Part shown: positions 11,950 to 24,778 of the stretch, one piece after another
Layout of the letters: every line of letters starts with the position of its first letter
How positions within the stretch are numbered: the first letter of the stretch is position 1
Assembly: GCF_018977255.1 (NCBI RefSeq)
Contig: NW_024704743.1
Coordinates: 47,742,001-47,806,000, forward strand
DNA: 64,000 nucleotides
Origin: Callorhinchus milii
Taxonomy: Eukaryota
Direction of reading: 5' to 3'
Translations under genes and position numbers: made by a program
The notes under the pieces: model-generated
Told to the model about the DNA's origin: nothing
Seen by the model: the letters and a program-made list of their open reading frames with translations, nothing else
The model's database searches: none

Positions 11950-12280
11950 ACAAGGAGAAACTATTTCTAGTGGCAGGTGGGTTGGTAACCCAAAGACATT
12001 GATTTAAAATAGTTGTTAAAAGAAACAGAGGTGAGGTGAGAAGAAATGTTTTCACACAGCGAGTTGTTTGGATCTGGAATGCACTGTCTGAAAGGGTGGT
12101 GGAAGCCGATTTGATAACAACTTTGAAGAGAGTAGATAATTATTTGGGGAGAACTAGTTTTCAGGGCTATGGGGAGAGCGCAGGGGAGTGGGATTGATTT
12201 GGATAGCTCTTTTCAAAGAGCCGGCAGAGACACGATGGGCTGAATGGCCTCCTTCTGTGCTGTATAATTCTATGATTATA
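11950..12280 (+). mobile_element. CR1 LINE 3' fragment
   Basis: Encodes FTQRVVWIWNAL; ends GATGGGCTGAATGGCCTCCTTCTGTGCTGTATAATTCTATGATT, a typical CR1 3' UTR. Smaller relics at about 190-430(-), 30985-31045(+), 51035-51250(+), 55260-55370(-), 55870-56110(-). Confidence 0.85.
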
Positions 12281-14011
12281 CCCCTGGAATGAACTTGTTC
12301 ATTCTTTGAAGTTCAACTTTCACATATAAAATATACAGTGCATTCAGTTACAATACAATATTGTAGTCCATTAAATCTTAACTCCCTATTAGGGGCCAGA
12401 AAGACCGATCACCCGTCAGCATTTCTATATTGTAATGTCACCACTCACATTTCACTGCGGGTGCACGTTGAAACCCACTCAGTTTCCTGCACTACAAATA
12501 GTCAACTTTTGGGTTACCAGGTCACTGCCTTTATTTCATGTCATTGTGCATGAGCGCAAAAAGTCACCGGCATTGCGATATATAACTGAACCTACTCCTA
12601 CTGAACCAGTCACATGCCCTTTGGAAGTCTAAATATACTACATCATATTGCTTCCCACCATCAAGTTAGGTGATCACCTCTGCCAAAAAAGTCTCTGTCT
12701 CATTTTTCCAATGTTTGAGGGTCAGGTTAGTTGCCAAGTATTGTTCTATCATCTTTCTTGAATATAGGAAACAATTCTTGCTTGTTTCTATTTCACTGGA
12801 AGTTCCTGGCTGTGCACTGATAAGAATCACACCAAATCTACCAACAAAAGGTGAATGTGAAGCCAAAAACAACAACAAAATTACATTTATAGAGCGCCTT
12901 TCATGTCGGGAGGACACCCAACATACAAAGTAATTCACAACAACAATATAATTTTTAAGAGGTAAATAAGAAACAAAGTCTAATTTATTTTTATGAAGTT
13001 TAGAATTTGAACAATTAAGATGGGGGAATAAACATTATGAATGAATATGGGCATTTGCAAAGTTAATATATCCCAACATAATGGGATTGTTTAATTCATA
13101 AGTTATAACTTCCTTTTAAACAATTTAGCCAAAATAGATCTGAAAGCTGAAGTAGATATCTTGCATAGTTTATAGGTGAAATGGAAACCTTTTTAATTGG
13201 GTATCAACTGCTTCTTCCTTTGGGGGAGATAAGAAACTGATTGGTAATTTCTACAATTGCCTGTCCATTTACAGTGGATTCAATCCAATTTTCAGCACTT
13301 TTATTGCACTGAATTATAGCTTGGCCTAATGGTTGTAATCCCTAGTGGATATTGTTTAAAGTATGCTCATAATCATTATAATATTTACACATCGCTTTTG
13401 GGAATGTCCCAATATTTCCTCTTTGTTGTCTACTACCCAACTTAATTTGCAGAATTACTATAATTCATATACTAAGTTATCTCTCCTCTTTCTCTCCCCC
13501 CCGCCCGGCCCCCACCCACCAGTTTGACAAGACATATTTTGGATTAAACTTTAAACATTGTTCCCATCTGCCAGTAGATTTAGGTAGATATTAAAGATTC
13601 CATGACAATATTAGAAAGAAATTTTTCTGGTGTCCTAACCAAAAATCCTTCAGTTCATCATTCACCTCATGGTGTTTCTGGGACCTTAGTATATAGTATT
13701 TGCGTATATGCAAAATGGTTGACATCTCTGCCTACAAATAGTCAGTAATTATTTGTGAAAGTGTCAATACGATAATGTGCTATCAAAATGTAAATTTGTG
13801 TAATAGCCTGGCTCAGTTGGTACCACTGTAGCCCTGAGTCAGAAGGTTGTGGGGTCAAACCCCATGTTGGGACTTTGAACTAATATTGACACTCCAGGGC
13901 AGCACTGGAAGTTTTCAGCATTGTTGAGGATGTCATCCTTCAGATGACATGTTAAAGCAAGGTTATGTGCCTGTTCAGATGGACAAGGCATTAAAGATCC
14001 CATGGCACTAG

Positions 14012-14589
14012 AACAACAACAAAATTACATTTGTATAGCACCTTTAACGTCAGGAGGACGTCCCAAGGCGTTGGACAGACAAGAGTTACGGACCCGAGAT
14101 GAGGGTCGGGGTGGGGAAGGGTGGAGGGCAGGGGGGAAGCAGGGAGATCGAAAGCACGGTCGAAGAGGAGGGTCTTGAATGTGGCGAGGGAGGGGATGAG
14201 ATGGAGGGACTGCGGGATGGAGTTCCAGAGGGTGGGTGCAGAGTGGCGGAAGGCCTGCCGCCGATAGTGGGGCGAGCAAGGCGGGGGATGTGAAGCAGGC
14301 CGGAGCCCGCTGAGCAGAGGGAGCGAACAGGGTGATAGGGGGTTAGGAGATCAGAGAAGTGGGGGGAGCAAGATTGTGGAGGGCTTTGAAGTTGAGGACT
14401 AGGATCTTGAACTGTATCCTCTGTGTGATGGGAAACCAGTGGAGTTGGGCAAGGATGAGGGTGATAGGGTCATGGAGCCTAGTGCGGGAGAGGACACGGG
14501 CTGCAGAGCTCTGGATGATCTGCAGCCTGTGGAGGAAGGTGTTGGGGAGGGTCACAAGCAGTGAGTTTGCATGGTCGAGCCTCGATGTA
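14012..14589 (-). mobile_element. L2-clade LINE 3' fragment
   Basis: ORF 14343..14819 contains TSRLDHANSLL...LQIIQSSAARVL...LHWFPITQRIQFKIL (L2 RT C-terminus); (TTG)n tail. Confidence 0.92.
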
Positions 14590-14911
14590 GTGGAGTCCTG
14601 TAGCTCAGTGGTTAGAGCACTCGCTTTGCAAGTGAGAGACCTGAGTTCAATTCCAGGCAGAGGGCGAAACCTTGGGCAAGTTTCCTTACTCCACACGCCT
14701 AATAATAATCCCTCCAAAACCGAAAACAATAATAAATTGGTCATTTTCAATCTACGACCGTTCGTGGGACATTGCTGTGCGCAATTGGCTGCAGCGTTCG
14801 CCCACAAATGTACAGTCAATTCACTTTACAGTGTGTTCTGTGAAGCGCTTTGGGACATCCTCCCGACGTGAAAAGCGCTATATCAAATGCAAGGATTATT
14901 ATTATTATTAT
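14590..14911 (+). mobile_element. Full-length tRNA(Ala-like)-derived SINE with L2-type 3' tail and (ATT)n end
   Basis: Head GTGGAGTCCTGTAGCTCAGTGGTTAGAGCACTCGCTTTGCAAG...GAGTTCAATTCC (A/B boxes); tail AAAGCGCTATATCAAATGCAAGGATTATTATT repeated many times in the window. Confidence 0.9.
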
Positions 14912-17802
14912 AACCTTGAAGTGCTTTGATATGACCCTCTGACTTGAAAAGCGCTATAAAAAAAGGGAATATTTTATTCATTTTGGGATATTCATCAAAA
15001 ATTCTTTTTGTTAGAGGTAGTTTTAAATGGTGTTATATGACAGCTGTACTCCCAATACTCAAAAATCAGCAGAGATTCCACTATTTCAAAACTGATCGAA
15101 TTCCAAACATTGTTGTAACTCAGTTTAAAATGGCTCTTTTCTGTGCTGCAAATGTCCTTGTTTCTACTTAAAAGATTTAAATTGCTTTATGATCTATTAT
15201 CTATTCCATACAAACTAGTGATTGTATCCTAAAATTAAACAAGGAGTTTCATGGCTCTCTAAGTCAGTCTTAGACTGATCATTTATTTAATACATTCCCA
15301 TATAAAGACTAATCTATATATTTTTTGCACTTTCATTGAATAACACTGAGCTTGTACAGTTTATACAGATTATTCCTGCATACTTACCCCATACAGCGTG
15401 TGCTAATCAGATGTACTTGGATCATACAGTATTTCTTAATAGAAGTAATTCAATGAAAATAAGATTTTTAAAAATACGGATGTGCAGATACTCTCCCTAA
15501 ACTGAATTAACTGTACTTGAATTCATTGCTTTGCCCTTGTTGTGTATACCCTTAATTTGCAATAAGAAAATTAAATATTAATATTTTATCACTGCGGAAC
15601 ACTGGAGCATACAGGTAAGAAGGCTGGAGGTCCAAATAGTGTGCTAAATTAGCAAATAGATCTCACTAGCAACCTCAACTCTGAGTCAGAAGGTTGTAGG
15701 TTAAAATCTTATGTCAGGACTTTAAACTCCCATAGACATCTCTGCTAGAATAACCGTGTCTATGGATGTCGTGTAAGGAACATAGGAAAGAAGTAGGCCA
15801 TTTGACCTGTTCAGCCTGCTAAGGATTGTGGCTGGCTGCAATTCCCCTTAGTTCAATAGCTTGCCCCGAGTTGAATAACCTGCCCTCAGTTGAATAGTTG
15901 GCCAACACTCACTTTGATGACTCAAACATCAGTAATGGCCACAGGAGGCATAACACCGGGTGAGCAACTTTAGTCAAACCACACTTCAGTATAAGGAAAA
16001 GTAAGTCAAATGCCTTTAGAAGAGAAGGGGGGAGGGGAGCAGTAAAAAAAAATTAAAATTCAAGGTTGCTGCCAACATGAGAACAGAATATTGCTTCTGA
16101 CTGGAATTAATTTATAATTGCTGCACAAGGGCTGCATTTGCTGAAGCATAATTTCATGCCAAATGAAAACAAAAGCATTTATTCTTTGTAAGATTAAGTG
16201 GGGAAAAAAAGTGAAGATTTCCCCAAGCTATTTTTTAAATTTAGTTTACACCCACCTCCTCAAACCCTTAAGGGAAATCCAGTAATCTATCACCAGGGTC
16301 TACTGGTGTTGAGACACCACACCTTTCAAATAAATAGCACCACTCCTGACTTCATACATTCTCATTTTAGATAGCTGCTATACACAAATACCAAGGACTG
16401 TTTGTGGGAGACATTGTTGTGTACAAATCGGCTGCTGGATTTGCCTATAAAATTGCAGCTGGAGGATGTCTCATAATGCTTTCAAAAGTGAAAGTTACTA
16501 TACCAAATGTAAGGATTATTATTATGAAGGTGTATAAAGCAACCTAGAATTCTTTGCAAGTTTTAGAGATTTTGCTTAAATACAGTTAGAAGATTGGTTA
16601 ATTTATGAGAACCAATTTGCATGCATTAGCAATGATCTGCTTGTGACTTTTGACCTGCCAAGTAATGTGTTACACACATTAGCTGTGTCAAAGTAAATTT
16701 AGCTTGCTAGTATGCATACACTATATTAACAAATCCCAGCAATTTCACTGATCCATAAGAACATTTAGTTAGAGTTCCAAATGTTATTGTGGTACACAGA
16801 ATTATGAATTGATTCTACTATTTTGCATAGTGCAATCATGAAAAAAGTTATCATTCATACACTGGTGAAAAAGAAAATCAGGTCATACATCAACTTAGAT
16901 ATGAGGTGGGTTTTGGCGCTTTACAATTCACTTTATTAAAAAATACATTACAAATAAGCATGTGACAATATGGAGTGTGTTTGTATATATATCTAAAGAA
17001 GGAGTTACCCAACATTCAATATCGGTGGTTCCATTACATCCGCGAGATGTAGAGCCACTGATGAAATCATCAGCATTACATCTGTGAGATGGAATCGAAC
17101 ATTGTTTTCCAAATTTCTGAATCTCTCCTGTCAATCTGCTGAAGTCTTAAGGTGGCACTTGGTGATTGTCCCAAAGGCAATGCCGTACTTCTGTCCCACA
17201 TTAAACTGGTCATCCAGATTACTAAGAAGAAACTTTTGAAGCATTCCCTAAACAGAGTTTTGTCTAATGTGGGGAGATAACCGTATTTGAAGTGTATTTT
17301 AGGGGAAGAACAACATGTCTTTAGGAGGCCAAGAGTGAGAGGGAAGGGATCAGTGAAGTTGCTGGGATTTGTCAATATAGTGTATGCATACTAGCAAGCT
17401 AAATTTACTTTTGACACAGTCAGGGACTGTCTCATTATTTGTTTAATTGTTTTTGGATTGTGAGGAAAATACCATTTGGAGTTCCAGATAGGCTGAAAGC
17501 CCAGCCGAGGATGATGGTCTGTTTTAAACAGTCGTCTGGTTCCTGAGCCAGGCACGTCTGCAGTATTCCAAGGCACTACCCAGGATTTAGAAGAGCAGAA
17601 CAGTTGGTCACTGTGGGTAGGGACTCTTCCCACTCGGTTGCTGTTAACCCTGTAAGCCAAAATTCTGAAAGATAGTGTGATTCTTGCTGGAAGCTTGCCA
17701 GACAGTGCTGTCAAAGGCAAGCTATGTGTTTGTAGCTGGTTAAACACCAGTAGACCCCAATGCACATGCTGGGATCCCCAAGTCTTGGTTCTTGAATAAC
17801 GT

Positions 17803-20670
17803 ACATAACATTAACTTAACATAACATAACATGTAGGAGCAGGATTAGGCCATTCGGCCCTTCGAGTCTGCCCCGCCATTCAGTCATGGCTGATCTTCTA
17901 ATCTAACTCCAGCTAATAACCTAATCCTGCCTTATCCCCATATCCCTTTATCCCTTTTGCAATAAGAAATCTATCTATCTCAGTCTTGAATATGTTCAAG
18001 GACTGAGCGTTAACAGCCCTTTGGGGTAGTGAGTTCCATACATTCACCACCCTTTGAGTGAAGAAGTTCGTCCTCAATTCAGTGCGAAAGGGCTGGCCTC
18101 TGATTTTAAGGTTGTGACCCCTGGTTTTAGTTTCTCCAACCAGGGGAAACAATCTCCCGCTATCTACTCTATCATGCCCTTTGATGATCTTATAGGTTTC
18201 TATAAGATCCCCTCTAATTCTTCTATATTCTAGAGAATATAGGCCCAAATTGGTCAGCCTATCCTCGTAACTCAACCCCTTCATCCCTGGTACTTACCCA
18301 GTAAATCTACGCTGCACCCACTCCAAGGCAAGTACGTCCTTCCTTAAATGAGGAGACCAAAACTGGACACAGTATTCCAGGTGTGGTCTCACCAGGGCCC
18401 GATACAGTTGCAGCAAGACTTCCCTACTCTTATACTCTAATGCTTTCATAATGAATGCTAACATACCGTTCACCTTCCTAATTGCTGCTGCACCTGCAGA
18501 CTAACTTTCTGTGATTGGTGTACAAGGACACCCAAGTCCCTCTGGACACTAACACATTCCAATCTCTCCCCTTCTAAAAAATAACCCGCTCTACTGTTTT
18601 TGCTACCTAGGTGGATGACTTCGCACTTCCCTACATTATACTTCATCTGCCACCTACCTGCCCAATCACCTAACCTATCTATGTCTCGCTGCATTTTTTT
18701 AATGTCGTCCCCTGTATTGGCACTTCCTCCAAGTTTTGTGTCATCCGCGAATTTAGATATATTAACTTTGATGTCCTCATCTAGATCGTTGATGTAGATG
18801 GTAAATAGCTGAGGCCCAAGGACTGATCCTTGTGGCACTCCACTAGTCACATCCCGCCAATCTGAAAAGGACCCGTTTATCCCTACTCTTTGTTTCCTAC
18901 CCGTTAACCATTCCCCAATCCACGTTAATATGCTCCCCCCAATTCCATGGGCCCTTATCTTTTGGACTAACCTTTTATGCGGCACCTTATCGAATGCCTT
19001 CTGGAAGTCCAAATAGACCACATCCACTGATTCACCCTTATCTAGTTTACTGGAAATGTCCTCAAAAAACTCTATGAGATTTGTCAAACATGACTTCCCT
19101 TTTGTAAAGCCATGTTGACTTGGCCTAATTATATTGTGCTTCCCTAAATACCGCACTACCACATCCTTAATCAATGATTCTAAAATTTTTCCTATCACTG
19201 ATGTGAGACTAACTGGCCTATAGTTCCCCATCTTTTCCTTTCCACCTTTTTTAAATAGTGGTGTGACATTTGCGATCTTCCAATCCATGGGGACTGTTCC
19301 AGAATCCAAGGAATTTTGGAAGATCAGACATAAGGCCTCCACTATCTCATAAGCTACCTCTTTTAAAACCCTGGGATGCAAGCCATCCGGACCAGGGGAT
19401 TTGTCACTTTTTAGTGCTAACAGTTTCTCTAGCACCAATTCTCTACTAATGAAAATTTCCCTAAGTTGCTCCCTGTCCTTATCCCTTTGGTGCATCTCTA
19501 TTGTTGGCAGACCTGTTGTGTCTTCTAGGGTGAAGACAGATGCAAAGTACCCATTTAGGGACTCTGCCATGTCCTTGTCCCCCATTACAACTTCTCCCGT
19601 CTCTGACTGAAGTGGACCTACATTTACCCTTAATAGCCTATTCCTTTTAGTATATTTGTACAATCAGACTTAATGTTCCTAGCTAGCTTACCCTCATACT
19701 CCTTTTTCTCGCTCTTAATGAGTTTTTTGGTTTTATTTTGCTTGTTTCTAAAACTCTCCCAATCTTCAGATTTGCCGCTTTTCTTGGCAGTTTTATAAGC
19801 TTTTCTTTTAATTTGATGCATTCCCTAACTGCTCTAGTTAGCCACGGATGAATTGCTTTCCCTGTGGTACTCTTATTCCGCAAGGGAATATGCGACCGCT
19901 GAGAATTTTGCACTACATCCTTAAATATTTGCCACTGTTGGTCTACATTTTTACCTCTTAATCTTATTCTCCAGTCTATTTTACCTAAATCTTTCCTCAT
20001 ACCTACAAAATTAGCCCTATTTAAATTCAGAATACTTGCCTCGGATTTAACTATATCCCTCTCTAACTTAATGCAGAATTCGATCATATTGTGATCACTC
20101 TGCCTTAGAGGATTCTTAATACCTACACTGCCAACTAGCCCTGTTTCGTTACACAAAACAAAGTCTAGGTTGGCCTGTCCCCTAGTTGGCTCCTCGGCAT
20201 GCTGCTCTAGAAAGTTATCTCTCATACACTCAAAGAACTCTTCTTCTGACCTACTTTTGCCGATTTGGTTTTCCCAATCTATGTGGAGATTGAAATCACC
20301 CACTATTATCGCTTTACCTTTGCTACATGCTCCACTGATTTCTTGATTGATACCCTGTGCTATTTTGTGATCGCTGTTTGGAGGTCTATAAACCACTTCC
20401 AATAATATTTTATGTCCTTTATTATTTTTTATTTCCACCCATAATCTCGACCGGCTGGTCATTGGATTTTAGATCCTTCCTCTCCACTGCTTTTATTTCA
20501 TCCCTAATTAACAGGGCTACCTCCCCACCTCTTTTCCCACAGTGCCTATCTTTCCTGTAAACTGAGAATCCTAGATCTCCTTGTAACCATGTTTCAGTTT
20601 TGGCTACTAGATCGTACCCATATGTGTCTATCTGTGCTTTTAATTCATCAATCTGTGCTTTTAATTCATA
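17803..20670 (-). mobile_element. CR1-clade LINE, 5'-truncated, ORF2 (APE endonuclease + reverse transcriptase) broken by a few frameshifts
   Basis: ORF 19683..20462 (YRPP, VGDFN, SDHN endonuclease motifs); ORF 18470..19663 (PGPDG, YRPVSLTS, LDFQKAFDKV, GVPQGSVLGP, FADD); ORF 17913..18284 (CR1 C-terminus); (TGTTA)n 3' tail at about 17803-17832. Confidence 0.96.
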
Positions 20671-22883
20671 CTTGTGCCTAATACGCTCTGGAATTCGATA
20701 AACAGGGTTTGTGCCTCAAAGGAGAAAGTATTCTATTCAGATGGGAATTTCCATGTTTAGGTGGCATACATTATTATATTTCACACGGAATTCTCAGGCT
20801 GGTTTGGTTACTCTTAAGCATGGTGATGGGTTTCTGCATGTGTCAGATACATGCCCGACCAAGATAAAGCCAGACAAAACAATGTTGTGACCGTTTGATA
20901 CCAGTAACATGATCACCAAGAAGGCCAAAACTCCACTGCACCATTTACTAAAACTAACGGAACCAAAACTGATGTAAACTTTGTTGTGAGAAGAGATGCT
21001 GCAAGGAAACTGAAATTCAAACTCCTGCGTTCTCTAGCCAATTAATGCTAGAGACATAGGTTAACCCTGCGCATAATTTAACTATGTATTTGATAGCTTG
21101 GAAACTGGAATTTAAATTTTTGTTTGCCTAGTGTTCAACTGAGCACCAGACTTTAAGACTCCAAAAGTTATTTATGTAAAGAAATTAGTTGAGACAATTT
21201 ACATTTCTTACAATTCAGATGGCATTACTAATTACAAAAACAAAAGTCGCTGGGAACACTCAGCTGGTCAGGCAACTGCGTGTTCCCAGCGACTTCTGTT
21301 TTTGTTTTCAGATTTCCAGCATCTGGGGTATTTTGGTTTTTTGGGGGGGAATTGCTAATTGTTTGACGAGAAAGTGGATTGGTATACAAATATCCTTGGT
21401 ATGGAGTGGTAGGATATTTGTGCTTTCTTGCCGATAAGTTCCCCTAAAAATAAGTTTCTCACCTTGGCTGGATAACTGGGAATGCAATCACATGCAAGTC
21501 AGACAATTCCCCAGCGGGGGGGGGGGGTATTCAGGGTTCAAATTATCTAAGGCTAATCTACAAACAGCAGCAGCTGGTTGTAGGGCCAATACACCAAAGC
21601 CAACCACACTCTCAGACGAAAACCTAAAGATTACACAGTTTACAAAATTATACAATTGACCAGATCAGAGCGTACTCATTAGTCTACTAATATCCTGAAT
21701 GGTTGCATCATTACTAGAAACAGTTTGGGCTGTCCTAAATAGATGTCATAAATCATTCCCCACAAATGCACTGATGTCATCACTTTATGCCACTTATGAT
21801 AGATTTAGAACAGTGTTTTATTCTGATTACTGGGTGCCCAAACCACCGCCTCATCAACTGATAGAATGATGACTCCATCAGGCAGCAGATCAAACGTATC
21901 AACTCACTAACCGTTCCAATTCCCTGCTACAAAAGGTATTGAGGCTTTCTTATGCAATTTAACAAAAGGCTTTTGAAAATGAAAACACAGACATAATAGT
22001 ACAGACAAGGAAGTGAGGGGATTATGGAAAATTTTACCAGTTACACACAAGTTACTTATGAATGGCACTGTTCCTCAATGAAACTCGTTACTTAAATGAT
22101 GCAACTTATGTTTCTTTTTTATTGATACTGTGTGACTGAGAACTACCATATTTTACTTGTGAAAGCTACAATTACATAGGCCATAACACTTTTTTTAAAT
22201 AAAAACCAACAACAATTTACATTTCATGTAGGAGAACATCTCCTAAGCACTTTACAAGGTCTGAATGGGAGTTCAAATATGGAGGGGAGAGAACGTTCTT
22301 TTGGGCAGGCTTTGAAAGCAGAAAAAGAGGTGAGGTGGAGATATTTCAGAAGAGAGTTCCAGTGAGTGGAACAAACAAGCTGAAATCATCTGCTGATGGT
22401 GGGGGGCAGAATGGGTGCAGGGTAAGTGACAACTGTGGAACTGTAGTCAATGAAATGGAAACAAATGCGAAATTCATTTATTAGGAAAAGATAAAGTAAA
22501 ATATATAAATTGGCAAAAGGAATACAACTTCTTGTAGGAACTGTTTAAAATTGACAATAATTTTACCACCTTCACAGAAACCCACTCGTTAAAGTCCCCA
22601 AAAGGTAAAATCAGTAGCTAGTTGTATTGGAGTATCAATATGGAAAACAGTACAACTTGATGTGTTCTTAGTTCCATTCACAAATACTGAATCAGCCAAG
22701 ATCCTTTATAGTTAAATTCACATTATTTAGAATAAATCTTACAAGAACATTTTAAAATACTTATTTTTAGAATAATTTTTAAATTAATCACATTTTCATC
22801 AAAATGTTTCACTATCTTTAGTAAAAATAGTATTAAAAAAAGCTATGGGTAGAAGATAGTTTCACCCAAGAGTGAAGTCTTAC

Positions 22884-23006
22884 CTTGTAATGAACTTCCT
22901 CTGCAACTTCTTGGTTTAGATCATTATTTATTTGTAAATGTTCGTTCCATTTCTGTTGCACTTGAGCCAATTCTTCAGCAAAAGCATGGCTTCTATCACT
23001 TTCTTC
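22884..23006 (-). CDS. TAX1BP1: TAX1BP1 exon (exon 13 eq.): EESDRSHAFAEELAQVQQKWNEHLQINNDLNQEVAEEVHYK
   Basis: gttttgtag|GAA...AAG|gtaaga; 123 nt, phase 0->0; A(D/E)ELA..KW.E pattern. Confidence 0.9.
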
Positions 23007-24249
23007 CTACAAAACGAGGGAGAAAATCATTATTGCTGGGGAACGGTTTATGTAAATAATCCTTTTACCATGTTCCAATTTTGGTTCTGGCTACTTTCAT
23101 GTTATTTCACTCTAAATAATTGTCACAGCTGATTTACTGTGTGTTTATACCACACAAATACACCCATAAAGAGTAGATTTTATTTTCTCAGTAGATATTT
23201 TGGCTCAATGTAATACCTTCAGAAATGAGATTGCTTAGAAGCTACTTTACTGCTAGAACTAAAAATCTCCAATCAGAATATTTTAGAATTGTCCTGAGAA
23301 AGCTATTTCTTGGAACTGCAGAAAGTATCTACCACAAAGAAGCTTAACTAAGTGATCTTCCTTCACCCAGGTATTGATATAAAAAGATTCAGTTAACTCA
23401 ATTATTTGTAAGGGTCCCATCTTCTCATTACTGATAAATTGTCTAGATTTGGAGGTGAGGCTGTTGGCATTTTGCACCTGGAATACCAGTGGGAGCAGGC
23501 TTTTTTTATTATAGGTAATATACATCCCTGGGCCTCTTGAACCAAACTTTAGTGTATCAGTACACAGCAGCACCAGCAGTGATAACTGAACAATTCAATA
23601 TCGATGTGCTCCACTCACAGATACCTGTTTGGTGAAATACATGGAATGGATCAGCATATTTTCAGGTAGATTGCAGTAAGCAGGTGAAATTTCACACAAT
23701 AACTCTGAATGAAAATTCACCTCCTTACTGGAGTCTACCTAGAGATATCCTTCCATGCTTCATCAACAATTTGCATCTATGTCTGCTGAAACTGGGAAAG
23801 CCCCAATGTATTCCTCCTAGCTCATCATCTAGGGTTGCTTTATTTCCCTCTTCGCTCTTCTTCCAATTATGTTATTGATGCAAATGCCAGGGTTTCAAAC
23901 CCAAAGGCAACAATCATTTACTTTGAAACCTTGGACAGGCACAGTGTTATCAAACCTGGAATGTACAGATGCATCAGTTCATGAGATTCTCCCCAATCCT
24001 TTAGGTCAAATGCCATTCTTAATAATGATAGCAGAGAAATCTGGGGTTCAGTACTGGAGATCTGGATCCTGCCTTTGACAGCTAGTTAACAGGGTTTTTA
24101 ATAAAAATCCAATTGTTGTCCAGTATCTTCTTTTGTAGTCTATCATAGTGTAATTACTTTGGATACTTCCTAAGTTTTGTGCATACAAATTGTAACACAA
24201 AGCAGGATTTGAAAATATCAGCTCGTCAAACTGTCTTAATCGCTTAATA

Positions 24250-24610
24250 AAAATAATACTAATCTTTGCATTTGATTTTGCATCTTATCACGTCTACTAG
24301 ACATCTCAAAGCGCTTCACAGAATATACTGTAAAGTGAATTGACTGTATATTTGTGGGCGAATCGCGGCAACCAATTGCGCACAGCAGTGTCCCACAATC
24401 AGTCAATATGAGTGACCAAATTACCATTATTATAATTTTTTTAAAAAAATTAAAGGATAATTACCCCCGGAAAAGCAATACGCCAATCGGCTAACAACCG
24501 GGTTCCTAGTTACTAATAGGTAAACAGAGGCATGTGGAGTAAGGAAACTTGCCCAACATTTCGCCCTGCAGGGATTCAAACCCAGGTCCTTTCGCTTGGG
24601 AGGCGAGTGC
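24250..24610 (-). mobile_element. Same SINE family, longer variant
   Basis: Matches 29520-29890 by eye. Confidence 0.85.
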
Positions 24611-24778
24611 AATTTGTTCTTAGTTTCATCCGATCAAATTCTCTATTTTCTAAATATTTCACCACTTATATCTGTCCATGCATACTATTTTGTTCATCAT
24701 TACATGCTAAGTGTAAGTAAATGCATTTTCACTTGAAATGATATCACTTGCAGAATTGACTAAATAATAACTACTCAC

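Noticed and set aside
12335..12600. Possible degenerate TIRs (TTCAGTTA...TAACTGAA) of a MITE
   Set aside because: The match is too short and the ends and TSD are unclear.
14590..14665. tRNA-Ala-like sequence (also about 28588, 29820-29890 and 53400-53480)
   Set aside because: These are SINE heads continuous with SINE bodies and tails, not stand-alone tRNA genes.
14343..14929. Overlapping 158/170/85-aa ORFs and recurring ...KRYIKCKDYYY peptides
   Set aside because: Translations of L2 and SINE repeats, not host genes.
17391..17765. 124-aa minus-strand ORF
   Set aside because: Mostly the antisense of the RTE-X-like 3' UTR repeat; no recognisable protein.
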